A stretch of 59,832 bases of DNA, the filler included, from Sphacelaria rigidula (Eukaryota), in assembly GCA_964200075.2 (NCBI GenBank). It is 8 parts of 8 records of this genome, joined end to end, with 100 filler letters (N's around TTAATTAATTAA, not from the genome) between each part and the next. Parts side by side here need not be neighbours in the genome. Positions count along the whole stretch, not along the records: positions 7,493 to 14,884 come from CAXNAA020015128.1; positions 14,985 to 22,376 come from CAXNAA020015129.1; positions 22,477 to 29,868 come from CAXNAA020015130.1; 5 more parts are not named here. One strand, given 5' to 3'. Positions 12,446 through 26,085 of the stretch are shown in pieces. The notes beneath the pieces were generated by a model. That model was not told the origin of the DNA and searched no databases. It saw only the letters and a program-made list of their open reading frames with translations. How positions within the stretch are numbered: position 1 is the stretch's first letter; every line of letters begins with the position of its first letter. The position numbers were made by a program, and so were the translations under genes.

Positions 12446-12598
12446 CTGCCATCTTGGCGGTGTCTTGTCTAGTTTGCGCCTAAGCTTGGCCGCGAGGCGT
12501 TTTACCCCATTGCTCGGCATGTCCCTACTCTCTCTGCTTCGCTTCTTGTCTCCGGACGCCACCTGCTCCTCGAGACCGTTGATAATCATATCGACACC
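12446..12598 (-). CDS. Probable further upstream exon of the CARNMT1-like gene (GVDMIINGLEEQ...TPPRWQ)
   Basis: 153-nt open exon with ctacag| acceptor and cag|gttaga donor. Same strand; assignment to the gene is inferred. Confidence 0.55.
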
Positions 12599-12917
12599 CT
12601 GTAGCATCCAGCCCAATAAAAAATAAAAAATAACAGATACGACGTGCGCACGGGAGGGATGGAGGGGCGGGGGCGGGAGGGGCGGGGGGGGGGGGGGAGA
12701 AAAAAGGGGGCGCGGGGCAGGGGGGGCAGGGAAAAAAAAAAAAAACTTCCAACCTTCCAAAAGCTTTCGCGGTNNNNNNNNNNGGATGGAGGGGCGGGGG
12801 CGGGAGGGGCGGGGGGGGGGGGTGAAACAACGCGTCTCCGTGCATGATGGACCAGGAAAAATAAACAAAAGCTTCCATCTTCACAGAGCTTTCGCAGTTT
12901 CACAGCACGCAGCATAC

Positions 12918-13850
12918 TAGGAATGATAAATTTGCATGGTTGTGTTTTATTGGGTACGGGTATGTTTGGTATGGTTTGTAGGTTGTACAGCAATCCCTAC
13001 CTGCAACCGGGTACTTCTACAAGGGTATACCCGTGCCCTGGGTAAGGGTACACACTTCGTACAAATCGTACATAACCGTTGGGTACCGGTATGGAAAGCT
13101 CGAAGGACTTGCAGAACTGTCGGATTCGGGTTTGGGAAGTTTGCAGAACTCACAGAACCTTTCGGTTACGGGTATTACCCAGTTTAATACCCCTGTTGTA
13201 TAAAAAAACTACCCTACTGAGAAAAATATTCCGAAACCATGCTTCGATCGATACATGATGATACTTGCACATAGTTGTGCTTGGGTTCGGATTTGGTCCT
13301 CTTTTCCCCCTAGGATTCCCCCGAGGACGGTTGAAGATGATGAAGCTTCCAAGGTCATGTTCCTTAGGGTACGGGTATTTTTGACAGGGTATGAAATTTC
13401 CTACAGAACTCATATAATACAGGTGTGAAAGTCTCACATGACTTGCCGAACCTGTCGGATACTTCAGCGGGTATTTTTACAAAGGGTATACCTGTGCCCC
13501 GGGTAAGGAAAAAAAAATCGTACAGATCTCACAGAGCTGCCGGGTAGCGGTGTGAGAGGCTTACAGTACTCACACAATTGTCAATTGCCCCTGGTATGAG
13601 AGGCTTTCGAAACTCACAGAGCTATCGAGTACGGGTAATACGCGGGTTAACACTCCGAGTGCACACAAAAACGCACCCTACAGAACACAAACTTGAATTT
13701 TTGCAAGGGTATGTTTGCGTAGGGTATATACCCGGGTATTTTTTCTTCCGAATTTTGCGTTGCGATGGTCCGATCTCCAAACTCTACACAATATCTGGGT
13801 ATTGTTAAGTACAATCTCATTACTGTACCCACGTCTTGGGTACTTGGAGC
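12918..13850. repeat. Two adjacent degenerate copies of a non-autonomous element rich in GGGTA/TACCC subterminal motifs (hAT-like)
   Basis: Similar starts at ~12920 (gatgataaatttgcatggttgtgtt-like) and ~13337 (gatgatgaagcttccaaggtcatgtt). Reiterated GGGTACGGGTAT and CAGAACTCACAGA motifs. Confidence 0.55.
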
Positions 13851-14040
13851 GCGAATTAATTTTTCAGAATGCCTTGATCCTCAGACAGCGAGCGTTGCCT
13901 CGGAACAGTGCACAGGCTGACAGTCCAGAGGTTCGATCAATCGCTTCAACTTGACCTATTTCTCAGTCTGTGTGTGCTTTTCTTTGCCTGTAACACGGGT
14001 GTGTGCTTGCAGCTACACGTCGATATCCTGCTCTGGGTTG

Positions 14041-14351
14041 TAAGACCATATTGTATGGCAACCAATCCGTATTTGTACAAATATGAGGATTTCAGTCCGT
14101 CTACATCCGATTTTCTTCCGTGGATTGATTTTTCGTACCCCAGTCCGTTGGGCACTGTTCTTCGCCTAGCTCTGAGGAAACCAGGTCAATCCTCCGATTC
14201 TCTGGACGCTGACTTTTGGATTATCACCTTTCTGCTCAGATCGGGAGACTCTCCCATCTCCCCCGATTTGGGCCCCAGATTCGGATGTAGACGGGCTGAA
14301 ATCCTCATGATTGTACAAATACGGATTGGTTGCCATACAAGATGGTCTAAG
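14041..14351. mobile_element. Foldback MITE with ~70-bp terminal inverted repeats
   Basis: 14041-14112 (taagaccat...gtctacatccga) is the near-perfect reverse complement of 14280-14351. Confidence 0.75.
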
Positions 14352-14984
14352 GTCTTCAGTGGCATGAAACTGTTGAAAGCGTGTCCGGTCTCGTGGAGGG
14401 GCATTTCGGAACTGAAACTGTTCATTCATTAATTGACCGCCTCCATCTCGATCGTATCCTTTACTCTCAATCTCACGAAAACATTGTTCTGAACCCAGAA
14501 AGTGGCATAGTCCAACTAAGTCCACCTGTGGAGGGGTCGCTTTCTAAGGGTTAATTAACTCTCATACCGCGAAGGTAGACCATCTGTATCATGCATACTT
14601 TGCTCAGGTGAAAATAATGCTGATTCAACAGACGACGTGCTCTCGCTATCGAAGAGTTGATGTAAGAAGTACCTTACCCAACAAACCCTTGAAATTTTGT
14701 GTAACGTTTGGAACAGTTTCAGTGCGAGCAACGCAGATTGTACGTGGAGGTAAAGAAAGGGCGTATTCATTTGTTGCTTGCCTTAGTCAGGGAGTAAAGG
14801 AGGGAGGGGGGGGGGGGGGGGGTTGGAAGAGAACACGTCTGAAATAGAGTCACGGCTACAGCCCGTATGCCCCCCAACGCCGGGNNNNNNNNNNNNNNNN
14901 NNNNNNNNNNNNNNNNNNNNNNNNNNNNTTAATTAATTAANNNNNNNNNNNNNNNNNNNNNNNNNNNNNNNNNNNNNNNNNNNN

Positions 14985-15355
14985 ACTGCTTTGCCACAGA
15001 GGCAGTTCTGTCGATCTACTTCCTCCTCCTTTCGACGACTGGTATATCTCTCTTCTTTCTGGCAGGTCTAGGTCCCCCACCCGAAATCGCAGTTTCATAT
15101 TTTTCGTAGCGTCCATTGGGCCATGCAAATATGTTTTCATCCCTATCCCTTCTCTCAACCCCTCGTATACTACCTTGCGTCTGAGCGCTCCCTTTTCCCT
15201 TATTTCTATAATGTCTAATATTTTTATCTTGTGCCCCGCGCCTTCACCTAAGGACAGTATTTCGCCTTGGTTGCCTCCTATCTCCCTCCATACTTTTTCG
15301 ACTTCTCTATCCCACCTTATGGCATGGCTTTCGTATTTTTCTTCCATACAGTCTT
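14985..15355 (-). mobile_element. Non-LTR retrotransposon (RTEX-like LINE) ORF C-terminal fragment, frameshifted
   Basis: REGIGMKTYLHGPMD..KLRFRVGDLDLPERR then, after a frameshift, EEEVDRQNCLCGK: the post-RT region and start of a CCHC knuckle. Clade is inferred. Confidence 0.75.
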
Positions 15356-18300
15356 ATCAAGTGTAACTGGCAGTCATTTTCTCTGCATGTTCGTTACGCT
15401 AGATTACCATCTCAATTTCCTCAAGTCTCTCTTTGGGGGGGGGTGTACTCATCCTAAAACCCGGGGGAAAAGTACTCTGTACACCGTTTGCTCAGTCAGC
15501 CCAGCGCTATATTTCGGTGCGCGTACTGTTACTGTTACATCGCTAGCACTACAACACAGCTAGCACGGCGTACGGGTGCAGTGCCGTGTGTACCCATGCG
15601 TTCATGTTTTCAGCCGTACCATTTGATGACTACAGGACGGTCATGGTGCTGCGTGTGCTCCCGTTCACCGTTTTCAAACTGTCGGACGACTGTAATAGCT
15701 GTCCTTTTGAGGAGGACTATCTTTTCAAAACAGAATTGGCAGTTGCTACGAGAAAACACGGCCTAACTGATTTTGCTCACTATCACTCGTTCGGACGAAT
15801 TTCACAAAGCGCAGCAAGAACCGGAAATGGACCTTATACAAACCACGGCGAATATCACCCCCTCACCTCGAAGTTGTTCACACGTTGATCATCAGATACA
15901 CGGAACATGACACAAAGTTTGATATACCCCACAACGTTGCTCTTGAATCAGCTGATCGATCGTGTGCTTGGTGTTGTTTCGATCGGCCGTGAACTGAAGT
16001 ACCAAACGGTCGGTTTGGTGGTAAAAACTAAGCAACAAACCTTGACGCATAGTCTTGTTGCTCGCCCACCACTGCACCACCGTCACTGAAAAGCATACTC
16101 TCACACTCATACTCGTACTGCAGTGGATTGTGGCCACCTCTGATGTTGTTGGGTAAATAGGCGTCTAGGGTGAGTATTTGACGGCTATGGCAGTGTGCAA
16201 ATGCACATGGAAACTGCGCACACAGTGGTCCCTTTACAGCGCTGTTCGTTTTGAATGATATGGAGGCTTTTGTACGCCTCACATCCATACTAACTTCAGT
16301 ACAATGTCCGAAGCTGTCCTCCGCACTATTACAGGCACACTATAATAGACTTTCAAGGTGACCCCTTGTTTCATGAACGGTAAGAACACCGAACGAGCTC
16401 GGCCAAGTCAACGTTGGCATACCACCAAAATCTACAAGTGATAGCCAGCAACCACCTGACTGAGAACTGATGATACTGGTACACAACACAACAGCAACAA
16501 CCCTCATGGCCATCAGACTGTCATGGCGTCTTGACGTCTCACCGCAAGCTCTGGTACTGTCTGTGAGCGGACCTTGCCCCCTGGCCAGGTGGCTGTGCAG
16601 GGTACCTGGCCGGAACCACAACAGTTGGCACCGGAACAGGCCTGCTCTTACTCGAAATGGCACGGGAACAAAGAGCCCCACAGCCTAAGTCATATGGAAA
16701 AGCTTGGAATATGCTTGTTAGCTATGTTGCTTCGATCGCTAACCCATGAGCAGGAAAAGGTTTTCGGGACAGCTGGAAATATTTGCTGCTGCCTACCTAC
16801 CGGTTTCCTGTGTTTTTTCTTGTCTTCACACTAAAAACCGTGCCGATATCTGCGCAGTACTCTGTACTCGTACCCTCCATAATCGCCATACGACAACGAG
16901 TTAGAAAAGAGGGTGCCATCCAGCATAACCATCGCTTCAATCCACATAGCGCGCAAAACGACTCAGGCTACCGACACCGCCGCTTCAACACCAGCCTCCG
17001 GCATCGAGCAACTTACACTAGAAGTTCCAGCGTCATCAAGAGTCACGTGCTGTGTGTCTTGACGTCAACACACTGCACGAACAAAGAGCGATTGAGGAAA
17101 TAACACTGTGACCGCGAACCCGAGTGACCGGCGTAAATATAAATTTGCCGGATTGGGCAAGCTCTGAGAATCTCCTCGTAAAATTTGTGAGTCAATATTG
17201 GAGGAAAACGTACGAATAGACAACGATAGACGGACAGGGGTCGCAACCGAAATCCGAAATGTGTGCGGAAATTACACTATTATATGATAACCCTGATATG
17301 ATATTGCCGAGACAAGAAAAAAAAAAGCGAGAAATGAAACAAGCGTCCAAAAGCAGTACAGTATGTTGATTGATCGCCGGGCAGGTACCTGGTTACGGCG
17401 ACTACTCAACATGCTGCTTTTACACGCTTGTTTCATTCTACTCTACTTTTTTTCTTCTCGCTAAGACACAGTCTGACGCTAACCCCAACCCAAGGCATCC
17501 CGAGGACCCTCAGGCAAGGGGTGCTCTAGGCAAGTATGCGTTGACAGACCTCAAATCGGCGCCGGCCCGATTTGGACAACACGTTTTACAAGCAGGCAAA
17601 TATAACGGAAATTACAACCGAGGGCGCTGGCGCGATCGGGCTCAAGGTTTTGCGGTAGTAAACTGTATAGACTATATTTTTGTACAGTATTTTATTTCAC
17701 CACCGGACGGCTACGACTACGCATTGATAACAAATCGGCGCCGATTTCAGCTCTGTCGATGCACACTTTTGCCGAGCACACCACGCCCACCACTAGGCTT
17801 CTACTTATTATGTTAGTAAGATCACTTTTTTATGATAGTAATCTCAACAAATAATTATGCTCGATTATGCTCGTAATACCCGGCGAGGATGCCATTTTCG
17901 ACCGGATACAGACCCACCGATCACTATATGCATGTTATATACATACGAGATACTACCTGCCTGCATTAGGACCCTTGAAGGCCGTATTTTCCTATTCTCG
18001 TACACGGTGCATCGATGTATATCATTGCGCACTACATGTACGACATCTTGTGCTATGTGCCGCCCCCCCCACTGCCCCAGAGATAAGACATATGGCGGGC
18101 AACCTGCTGATTCAAATATCCATCACCATCTGGCACAAGAAATGCATGTCGCGCGCATCCTGCGAAGGTCGATGCAGATGCATCTTGTCATACTCAAAGT
18201 GACCAGTCACGACATCACATGACGTGTTCACTCGTCCCCTGTCCCATGTCGAGGAACTCGTGTCCAAGGACAAGGACAAACGACAAACTGACAGTTAATT

Positions 18301-19057
18301 GATGAATGATTTTTAGATTGATTGTCTCGCATGCACCGATCCGCTTCTAATTCAGCCAAGGTCGCAAGATGGGTACAACCCAGGAAACAAGGTGCAGGAA
18401 GAGAAACACACAAAGGGGTAGAAATTGGTGAAAATACTGGTTAGACGAGAAGAATAAAGTAGCCGGAGAAAGTACAGAACCAAAACACACAAAAAACAAA
18501 TGGGAAGCCAAGACAAGAAATATACATGGGGTTCCCACCTACCCCCCATATCCTACATTCAAACGGTTCCGAGATGCCCTTCATTCAAGTTCCTCGAATA
18601 CATGCCAAGCAATACGCTGGTGCCCTTTGCTTCGCTTCTTTACAACAGAACTGCAACGTTTCCCACTGCACAGCGGGGTTGCACTCGCCATTCACCATCC
18701 ACCATCACCCAACACTACACCCTGCGATCGATCACACTGGCAGTTTGAATGTCTAGTTTCAAATGATACACGTATTTCAGACCCGCGGTCGATGATAGCA
18801 AGGTTTTTCGCCCAAAATATCACAGCAGGCCAGGATGTTGACCAGTATTCCCACCCCTATGGTGAAAATTTATGCTCGATTATGCTCCTGACATGGAAAT
18901 TATGCCATTTATCCTAATTGCTGAAACGCTATTCTATTTATGCTACCAAGGTGGAATTATGCCAGAAAGTATGCCCTCACAATAAGTAGAAGCCTACCCA
19001 CCATCCTCGCCCCAGGGTTCTTGATACGCCTCGGGTTGGAGTTAGGTTAGGGTTTTG

Positions 19058-19582
19058 AAGTAGTGGGCCTGAGCTGTTCAGGGTTGTTTCGGGGTTTTTC
19101 TCGCGTACTACTCTCTGATAGAACTCGAAAGTACTAGCGTCGGTAGATTTTGGTAAGTGCCAAGTTGAACAGATTGTCCTCAAAACACAGTGCCAAGTTA
19201 GTGCTAGTTGGTGTTATCCGGAGATACGAGCATATACCCCGTTTATCAGGAGGGCGTTATTGAACGTAAAATACAGTTTTTCGGCTCTAGTGCAATGAGT
19301 AGGTAGAAGTTGAAAAAAAAAGTGTACGTTTCTTCACAAATAAAATCGGAACAGGCTAGATCGACCGAAAATATCAAAGAGTCGGAGTCAGGGCTGAAAC
19401 GTGGCAGGACCCCCGACGATCGGTCAGCCGGTAAGTCACTAAATATTGAATGCAGATGAAGAACAAATCTTGGAATGTGGAGCGGATCGCCAATGCGATA
19501 GGCGGTGGCAAGCGAAAGGGCCTGAGAAAATCGCCACCTATGAAGAATTTACAAAATGAAAAGTTCAGGCGCCCTCTCCTGC
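19058..19582. mobile_element. Degenerate copy of the Tc1/mariner-type MITE at 50033-50510
   Basis: Shares internal blocks (gatagaactcgaaa, gatcgaccgaaa, gggctgaaacgtggcagga, ttggaatgtg) with the 50-kb copy. TIRs decayed. Confidence 0.7.
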
Positions 19583-20588
19583 AGGCTTAGGTCTAGCGTA
19601 AATGCAGGGTTGGACAATACGAAGTGTCTTCCATTCAACCATGAAAATGTCACCCAGTTGGGGTAAATACGACTCGTTACCAGTGACCTGATGGGACACT
19701 TGTGATCGCAGGTGGCATGCTGCCGTGTCCTCGTGGTCACGAGAGGATAATCATCATACAACAATGTGGGGATTTACTTCATTGATGTGTGACTGGAATA
19801 TTCCGAGAGGACCGTCACAATGTAGTCAGTCATATTGGACTAGCGGCAGGATAAATTCTTTAGACAGCAATACAATATGCTACTTGTACTGAAGTTATTA
19901 TGCGCATTAGTTAGATTCGGAATCTAATCCATCCGTTCTGTTTTCAAACCATTTTCCTTCTCCCCAACAGGAGTGAGGATGGAGACCACAATCTCTTGTG
20001 TCAAACGAATGGCTGAAACACATAAAAACCTACACGGTTTTGATGTTTGTGCTGGGTAAAGTGACTAAAGCTGACCAATATAGTTTCCGCATGGGGAGCA
20101 TGGGTGGTTAATTGTGGTGCAAAAACTTGAGATTATCAACTTCCCGCAGGAAGAACCCGCCTTGTTGGGTTGTATTATACTTGCACATGATGGTGACAGA
20201 TCGCTTTACTGACCGTACTAATGTTCCTCGTCAGATTGTAGGTGTGCACTGTCGTACTGTTTTAACGTCGTTTGATGTGGCACCAAGTATGATATCTGAA
20301 AATGTGGTTCACCGCCACACGTACAGTTTGCAATCGTACCATACCATCGTAGCCCGAAGACACAGGAGGACCGTGCCCCGCAGCAAACTCGCGCCCCCAT
20401 GGATCTGTCAAATATACTATCGTGGTAATATATGATATACTCCACTATACAGACAACAGTACAAAATCGTGTAGCTCACCATTTGTCCCTGTGTCCAACA
20501 AAGAGGTCGTTCGGTTTTTGTAATAGTCTTAGCATTTACTTCATCCTACCCCGATCGATACCTGACCCACTCTAATTTGAAAACACAC

Positions 20589-20990
20589 CTTGCTAGTCCT
20601 GACGAAATTACTGCAAAACCAATACTCCTGCTCTCCATTGACCGTGATCTCCCGCTGCGGTCGGGCATCGAGGTCGGCTTGGTCACTCCTATCAGGCCAT
20701 CCCCGGGGGTTAGATGGCCTCTTACCCGCATCATTAGATATAGCCTCGTCCTTTCTCCACGTATTTCGCCGCCGCTTGCCACGCTTCAGTCTCACACCAC
20801 CGCTGCCGGTGTCACCGCCCCCAGCGCCACTGCGGAGTTTTGGTCCCACGGTGTTTCTGTTGTTGCTACTGCTGCCTCTACCATGAAAAGGACTCATTTC
20901 TTTCGCTGTCCGCTTTTTTCGGCTGTCGCTGTTGGGGCGACGGTGTCGGGCGTCGGAGTGATATCGCGGGGAGTCCGTAGTTGCCGTCAT
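20589..20990 (-). CDS. P4-type ATPase (phospholipid flippase, DRS2/ATP8A/ALA family), first exon
   Basis: ATG start, then ...REITVNGEQEYWFCSNFVRTSK|gt. This is the R-I-x-N...F-x-N-x-V-x-T-S-K-(Y) N-terminal motif of P4-ATPases. Next exon not found on this contig. Confidence 0.8.
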
Positions 20991-23900
20991 GGTACCAACT
21001 ACTGTACAACAACTACTGTGTGTAATATTGAGCGGGCGTTCTCTCGCTCACTTCCACTAGAAACGTGAAGGTGGATCGGCCGTTAATGCGATGGTGGGTG
21101 TATAGGTAGTAGGGTCCTTGCGAAGCCAATCGCAAGAACACACACGGGTACAGACAACGAAAAAATGAAGACCTGCTACCCCGGCGCGGGAACAGCTGTT
21201 GTTGAGCTACTGTTCCCCGGTGTCGAGGGTGCTCGCTGGCTCCCTGTGTAGCCTATGATCCACGCTGCTGATGACGGACAAGGTCATGTGACAGAAGACT
21301 TCAATCGGATCACCTCTGCGAAGGGAGTAGTATAACTGCACCTCCTTGGGTACAATTCAGCACGATACTACCGTGCTGTACTTGTGCTGTAGACAAGGGC
21401 ACGGACTCATCAGCAATCTCGCATTTTCCCCACACAAGGATTTTTCCTAGGTTTCCAGTATATTGCGACGACCCGCTGTCAAAGTTGGTTTAACCAAATG
21501 CCTGCTGTTGCACTGCAACGACTGCCAGGAATAACACGGTACGGATAACATTCCACACCTTGGACAATATGTGGTGAACAGTCAATCGAAATAAGGAAAA
21601 TTTATCGCGTAATGTATAGTCTGAGTGCAACTATTGAACAAACTTTGTCCAGGGTGTAGAACATTAACCTTTCATTCATGCACAGCATTGGCACAACAGC
21701 ACAGATTTGGACACTGATAAAGCCAACCTACATGGAATTTCAGACACGAATAATCGAATAATCATAATTGATCTCGTTTCGCCTCATCAGCACTCGTACC
21801 GAGCTCGTACAATTATTATTCGTGTAGCGAGCAGAGAAACATTGCCCAAACGAGTGGGTAGCCGAAAACTCGATCAGTGGGCGGGTGAAATCGCGTTTTG
21901 GAGAGAGCGACACACTTCCACCATCTCTGTTCAGTTAGTTGGGGATTCATTCCCATAACCTCACATAAAACATTCCGTTTATTAGGGTGTGTACTGGTTG
22001 CTCAGTGTGAGCGAGATATGCTTCTACCAATACGATTCAAAGTCATAATCCAGCGGTCAACGGCGAATCCGTCTGTGCGCCCCAGAGACGCCTTCAGTTT
22101 TGCTTGGGGTTTGAGCTGCTCACGTATAGATGGGGCAAAAAAGTAGCGTCATGCAGGAGAGGAGAGGAAAAAATTGTTGTGGTTGCGTTATTGTCGCTTG
22201 TGCAGCACAAAACTGCGATGCAGCGTCTGAATGTTATTGCATGTACAATCCCTTGCATATCCCGCGTACAGTTCGTATTAGCCAACAATGAAAAAATATA
22301 CTGACTGTTGTAGTACTCCGTTCCCCGTCCTCCGACGAAGGCCATGGCCGGCCTTGTCGGTACGGCGTGGGGAGGGNNNNNNNNNNNNNNNNNNNNNNNN
22401 NNNNNNNNNNNNNNNNNNNNTTAATTAATTAANNNNNNNNNNNNNNNNNNNNNNNNNNNNNNNNNNNNNNNNNNNNCTCGAAAGGGATGCGTGGTCAATG
22501 GTCAGACGACTAATGCAAGCAACACATGAGAACGCCCCCCGGAAAAAACACCTAGGATTACAAAAATCGGCATAGGGTCTCGCATTTGTTTTTTGGGCAC
22601 TCCTGGAAGGTCTAAAATTTCGGCAATCGCCGAGGCTCGTTATTATCTAGATATATCGTTGCTGTCAGATATCTTATTGGAGATTATGCTGATCTCGTCG
22701 TTTAGCTTGCCTTCGCCGGCAAAATAATGGACAGGGGTATGCTACCTGCCCGTGTATGGCGTTCATAACTGTGGTAAGCACACTTCCCACAATCTTTCTG
22801 TGACACGGGGGGACAGTAGGACAGGCTAAGTCGTGATCGATCGGCTCTCTCGGGATGCTGCAGCAGCACACATGAATGAAAATACCGACTGCAGAAAGCC
22901 CCGTGCATAGATTACAGCATGCTTGCTTTCTGTGAGTTGTATATGCGTAGATACGCCAAATAAAACCACCAGAGCTACGCACTTTTCAGACGGTGCGGTA
23001 GCGTACACTCGTAGCAGCACTGCAGGCAAGTAGGTAGCCACTGGATTATTGCTGCTCTTCAGTTCGGAAGTGGGCATGTCTGCAAACGACGACCACCGTG
23101 CTTGGCCCCAAGAGCTCCAACACCGCTGCCGGGGTACACACCGTCTGAGGAGAAAGATACCGCCAACCCGGGGTGCTTTTTACTTCACGACATAGCCCAG
23201 GATGTCATTAGCAAGGTTCCTGATGATTCTCGCATGCTTGCGAGCGCCACGGCGTCCGCCAAGGGCAACTCTACGGAGTATTGTGCTGCGGTCCGAAATA
23301 TTTGGCCTTCGCCAAACGTGAAGGCTTGGCGAAAAAATCTAGCCGCTTCATTTTTTGGAGAACGCCAAGCACCAGATGCGAAAACGCCTAAAATTTTGGC
23401 AATCTCCCAAAAAACTGTGCATTGTGTCGATAATGACGGTCCTATTCTGACCCACATACAAGCATCGATCCGTATTGGGCACACTCTGGATGATGTCATT
23501 CTACGCGGTACCTGTCTTGGTATCGCCTGTAGAGGTACTCACTTCAGGAGGCACTGCCGTACAAGCGCTGTCAGTGCTTTTACGCGTAATGTATATTTTA
23601 TAAATGTATAATTTTACAGTTTTCACCGCTTTTGCTGAGTTTTCTCTGGCTGCAAGGCGTTTTTTCCCACGCCTCTTTTTGCAGCGCACTGAGAAGGCTC
23701 AGCGGTACACTACCGTTCAGGTTTGGGCGTCATCTGATACCTGTGGCGCGTGTTCTGGCCACCGAACGTCGCTCAGACAGGCCCCTTTTCGCGGGGTGCC
23801 GATCCCGAACCACAAACGCCTCTTCAAGATCGTGGAAGGCTCGACAAAATATATATGACGAGATAAATTTCCGACTCGCGTCACCCCCGGGAGGCCCGTC

Positions 23901-26085
23901 CCAATGTCATGAAGATGCACACTAGCCTGTTGTCATGCCGCTTCAGACCCGTTGTCGAAGTCTGGCTTTCGGTAACATTGGGAATTCCGGTAGACAAGGA
24001 ATCCCGATAGACAAGACTACAGGTCTGTTCAGAGTTGGTCGGATACGAATGTGAACCTGTATAATGACAGGGATGACTTTGTCTTTGATCGTGCTACACG
24101 ATCAAAGCCCCCCCCTATCAACCACTATCAACTGCTCCTCTATTGCCCTCCAGCAAAAGAAGTCTAACTATCGGTGAGACGCATTGGGTTGAATTGGACT
24201 GATTGAGTGGGTACTGGAGTTAGAATCAAGATGATCAAGAGAGAAGTGAAGAACCTATTCGCGTGAACCTCGTCTGATATTTGGATACTGAGCAGGTCAC
24301 ACGGTATCTACAAGTTGTAACAGCCTGACGGTTGTGAACTTGCCTGCCAAGCTTGTACCTTGGGTTGCAAGCTGTGTCCTTGCATCATACTGCCGCTTGC
24401 TCTTTATTACATTGGCGTTTGACTAAGGAGCTTCTTCTTTGGCTATTGCGTTTCTTTCTTGTACCGATTTGTATCCCTGGCTGCCAGCTGTGTACTCCAG
24501 CTTTTTGATCATTTTCCCCCTTTCCCTTCGGAGTTGTAGTCAAATCTACCGCCAGGTAGTCAGTAGCTCTCGAGCTTCTGCCTCGGGTGTCCCTCGGTAA
24601 AGTGTATTCGTGCCCTGCTATTTGCAACAGCTGTAGCGCTCGACGCCACATCTTGTGTGGTCAACGTGGGGTCAACGCGCACTGAGTGCTGTTCTTGCCG
24701 TGCTGTCAAGTTGACATCACCTGCACAAGGCCCAACGGTATCAGCCCCGCCTGCACAACTTGTGAATCTTTTCTTGATTCAACAGTCCGACGCGACCCCC
24801 GCACCAAGTCATCGTTGGCTCGTGTATTTGGCCTTGTGGCCCCCTTTCCTTCTGCAGAATAAGTCTTCTACTACAGGTTTGTACAGAACACCAGTGCACA
24901 AAGGCGCACTGTTGTTCATAGCCAGCCGCTGTTCCTGACCTGAGCTCCTGCCAAGGCGGCACGCTGCTGCTCTCATTTTTCAGTATCGATTATACGCGAC
25001 TGTTGTATCTTTCCTTCACGAAATTAATAAACAAGTTCAGACCGTGTTCACACAGTGTGATAACGGACGTCTGTACACGAACTTTGCATTGTTCCGGCAC
25101 TTTACCTTCGTTGCTCGTAGCGACCTTGTTGTTGTTGTAGCTTTAGCTCCGTTGCTTGTGGCTACTTTGTTCTTGTTGTCCTCTTGTGTACTTCGCACAG
25201 TCGTAAGGCAACGCGGTACATCACCATGGTAAGTAACAATACACAGGATGACGTACTGTGAGTTTTTTCTCCTTTGAAAAGTTCTCAAACGAACAACTTT
25301 ATTGTTCCAAGACGGTTTCGTTGAAATACTACTAATTGAAGCATTTCAACCTCCGTCACGTGCTCATTGGAACAGACAGCACTCGAAATCGGTGCCCCTT
25401 GCCTGTGCACTACAAAGTTTTCGGCACCCGCTCCCAGCGTTGCCCCTGTTGTGCATCACATCACCTTTGTTCCACATACATACATTGTCTCAACTTCGTT
25501 GGATAACAAGCCTTCGCTCTGCACTACGCAGTCCGAGTTCGCGGTCTACAACCCAAGCTTTGTAAAAGCTTCTGTGCTGCCTTACGTTGCACAGTTTTCG
25601 TGCGCATCTGAGAAAATATATCTCTATGTTTAGTTCTTTTCATTTGCACACCGCCAGTCGTTCCTCAACTTGTGCTGGAATCATACAGTTATGGTCAGCC
25701 CGTGACGCTACATCCGAAACACGTGTAAGTTGTTCTTCCACGTACCAACGCTGCTACTGACATTCGGATCTTCGCTTGTCTTCGGCGATATACGCCTGTT
25801 CTGCGCACAACCCCGTGCTAGCTATTACCGCTACAACTTAAATAGAGTTGTTTTATCAGACCCCGGACATACTTGTTACACACCGCAATTCGCTTGAATA
25901 AATTACTCAAGCAAATCAGGTCCCACGGTCCCCTCAGGCGCTATTAGGCTTCATTGTCCAGTATTTTCCGGATCAAGCTTCGGCTTCTGCACGTAGCATC
26001 ACCTAGTGACACGCTACCTTGATTAGAGCCGCAGACCAGACATACTGCACCTCCCTTTTGAGCACAAAGGCTGCGTACGCTCAAA

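Noticed and set aside
12657-12822. Duplicated G-rich segment (G-quadruplex-like) around a 10-N gap
   Set aside because: The same sequence flanks a gap in homopolymer-rich DNA, so it is probably an assembly overlap artefact. The gap at 32192-32201 is in similar context.
17100-20170. Candidate second exons of the P4-ATPase (PANLYL at ~17150; KYNTT..FFLRE at ~20150)
   Set aside because: Neither gives the expected Y...FLP..LFEQF..AN.YFL block with proper splice sites.
23102-23611. 169-aa plus-strand ORF
   Set aside because: Non-ATG start, no recognisable motif, no convincing splice partners; at best an unidentified relic.
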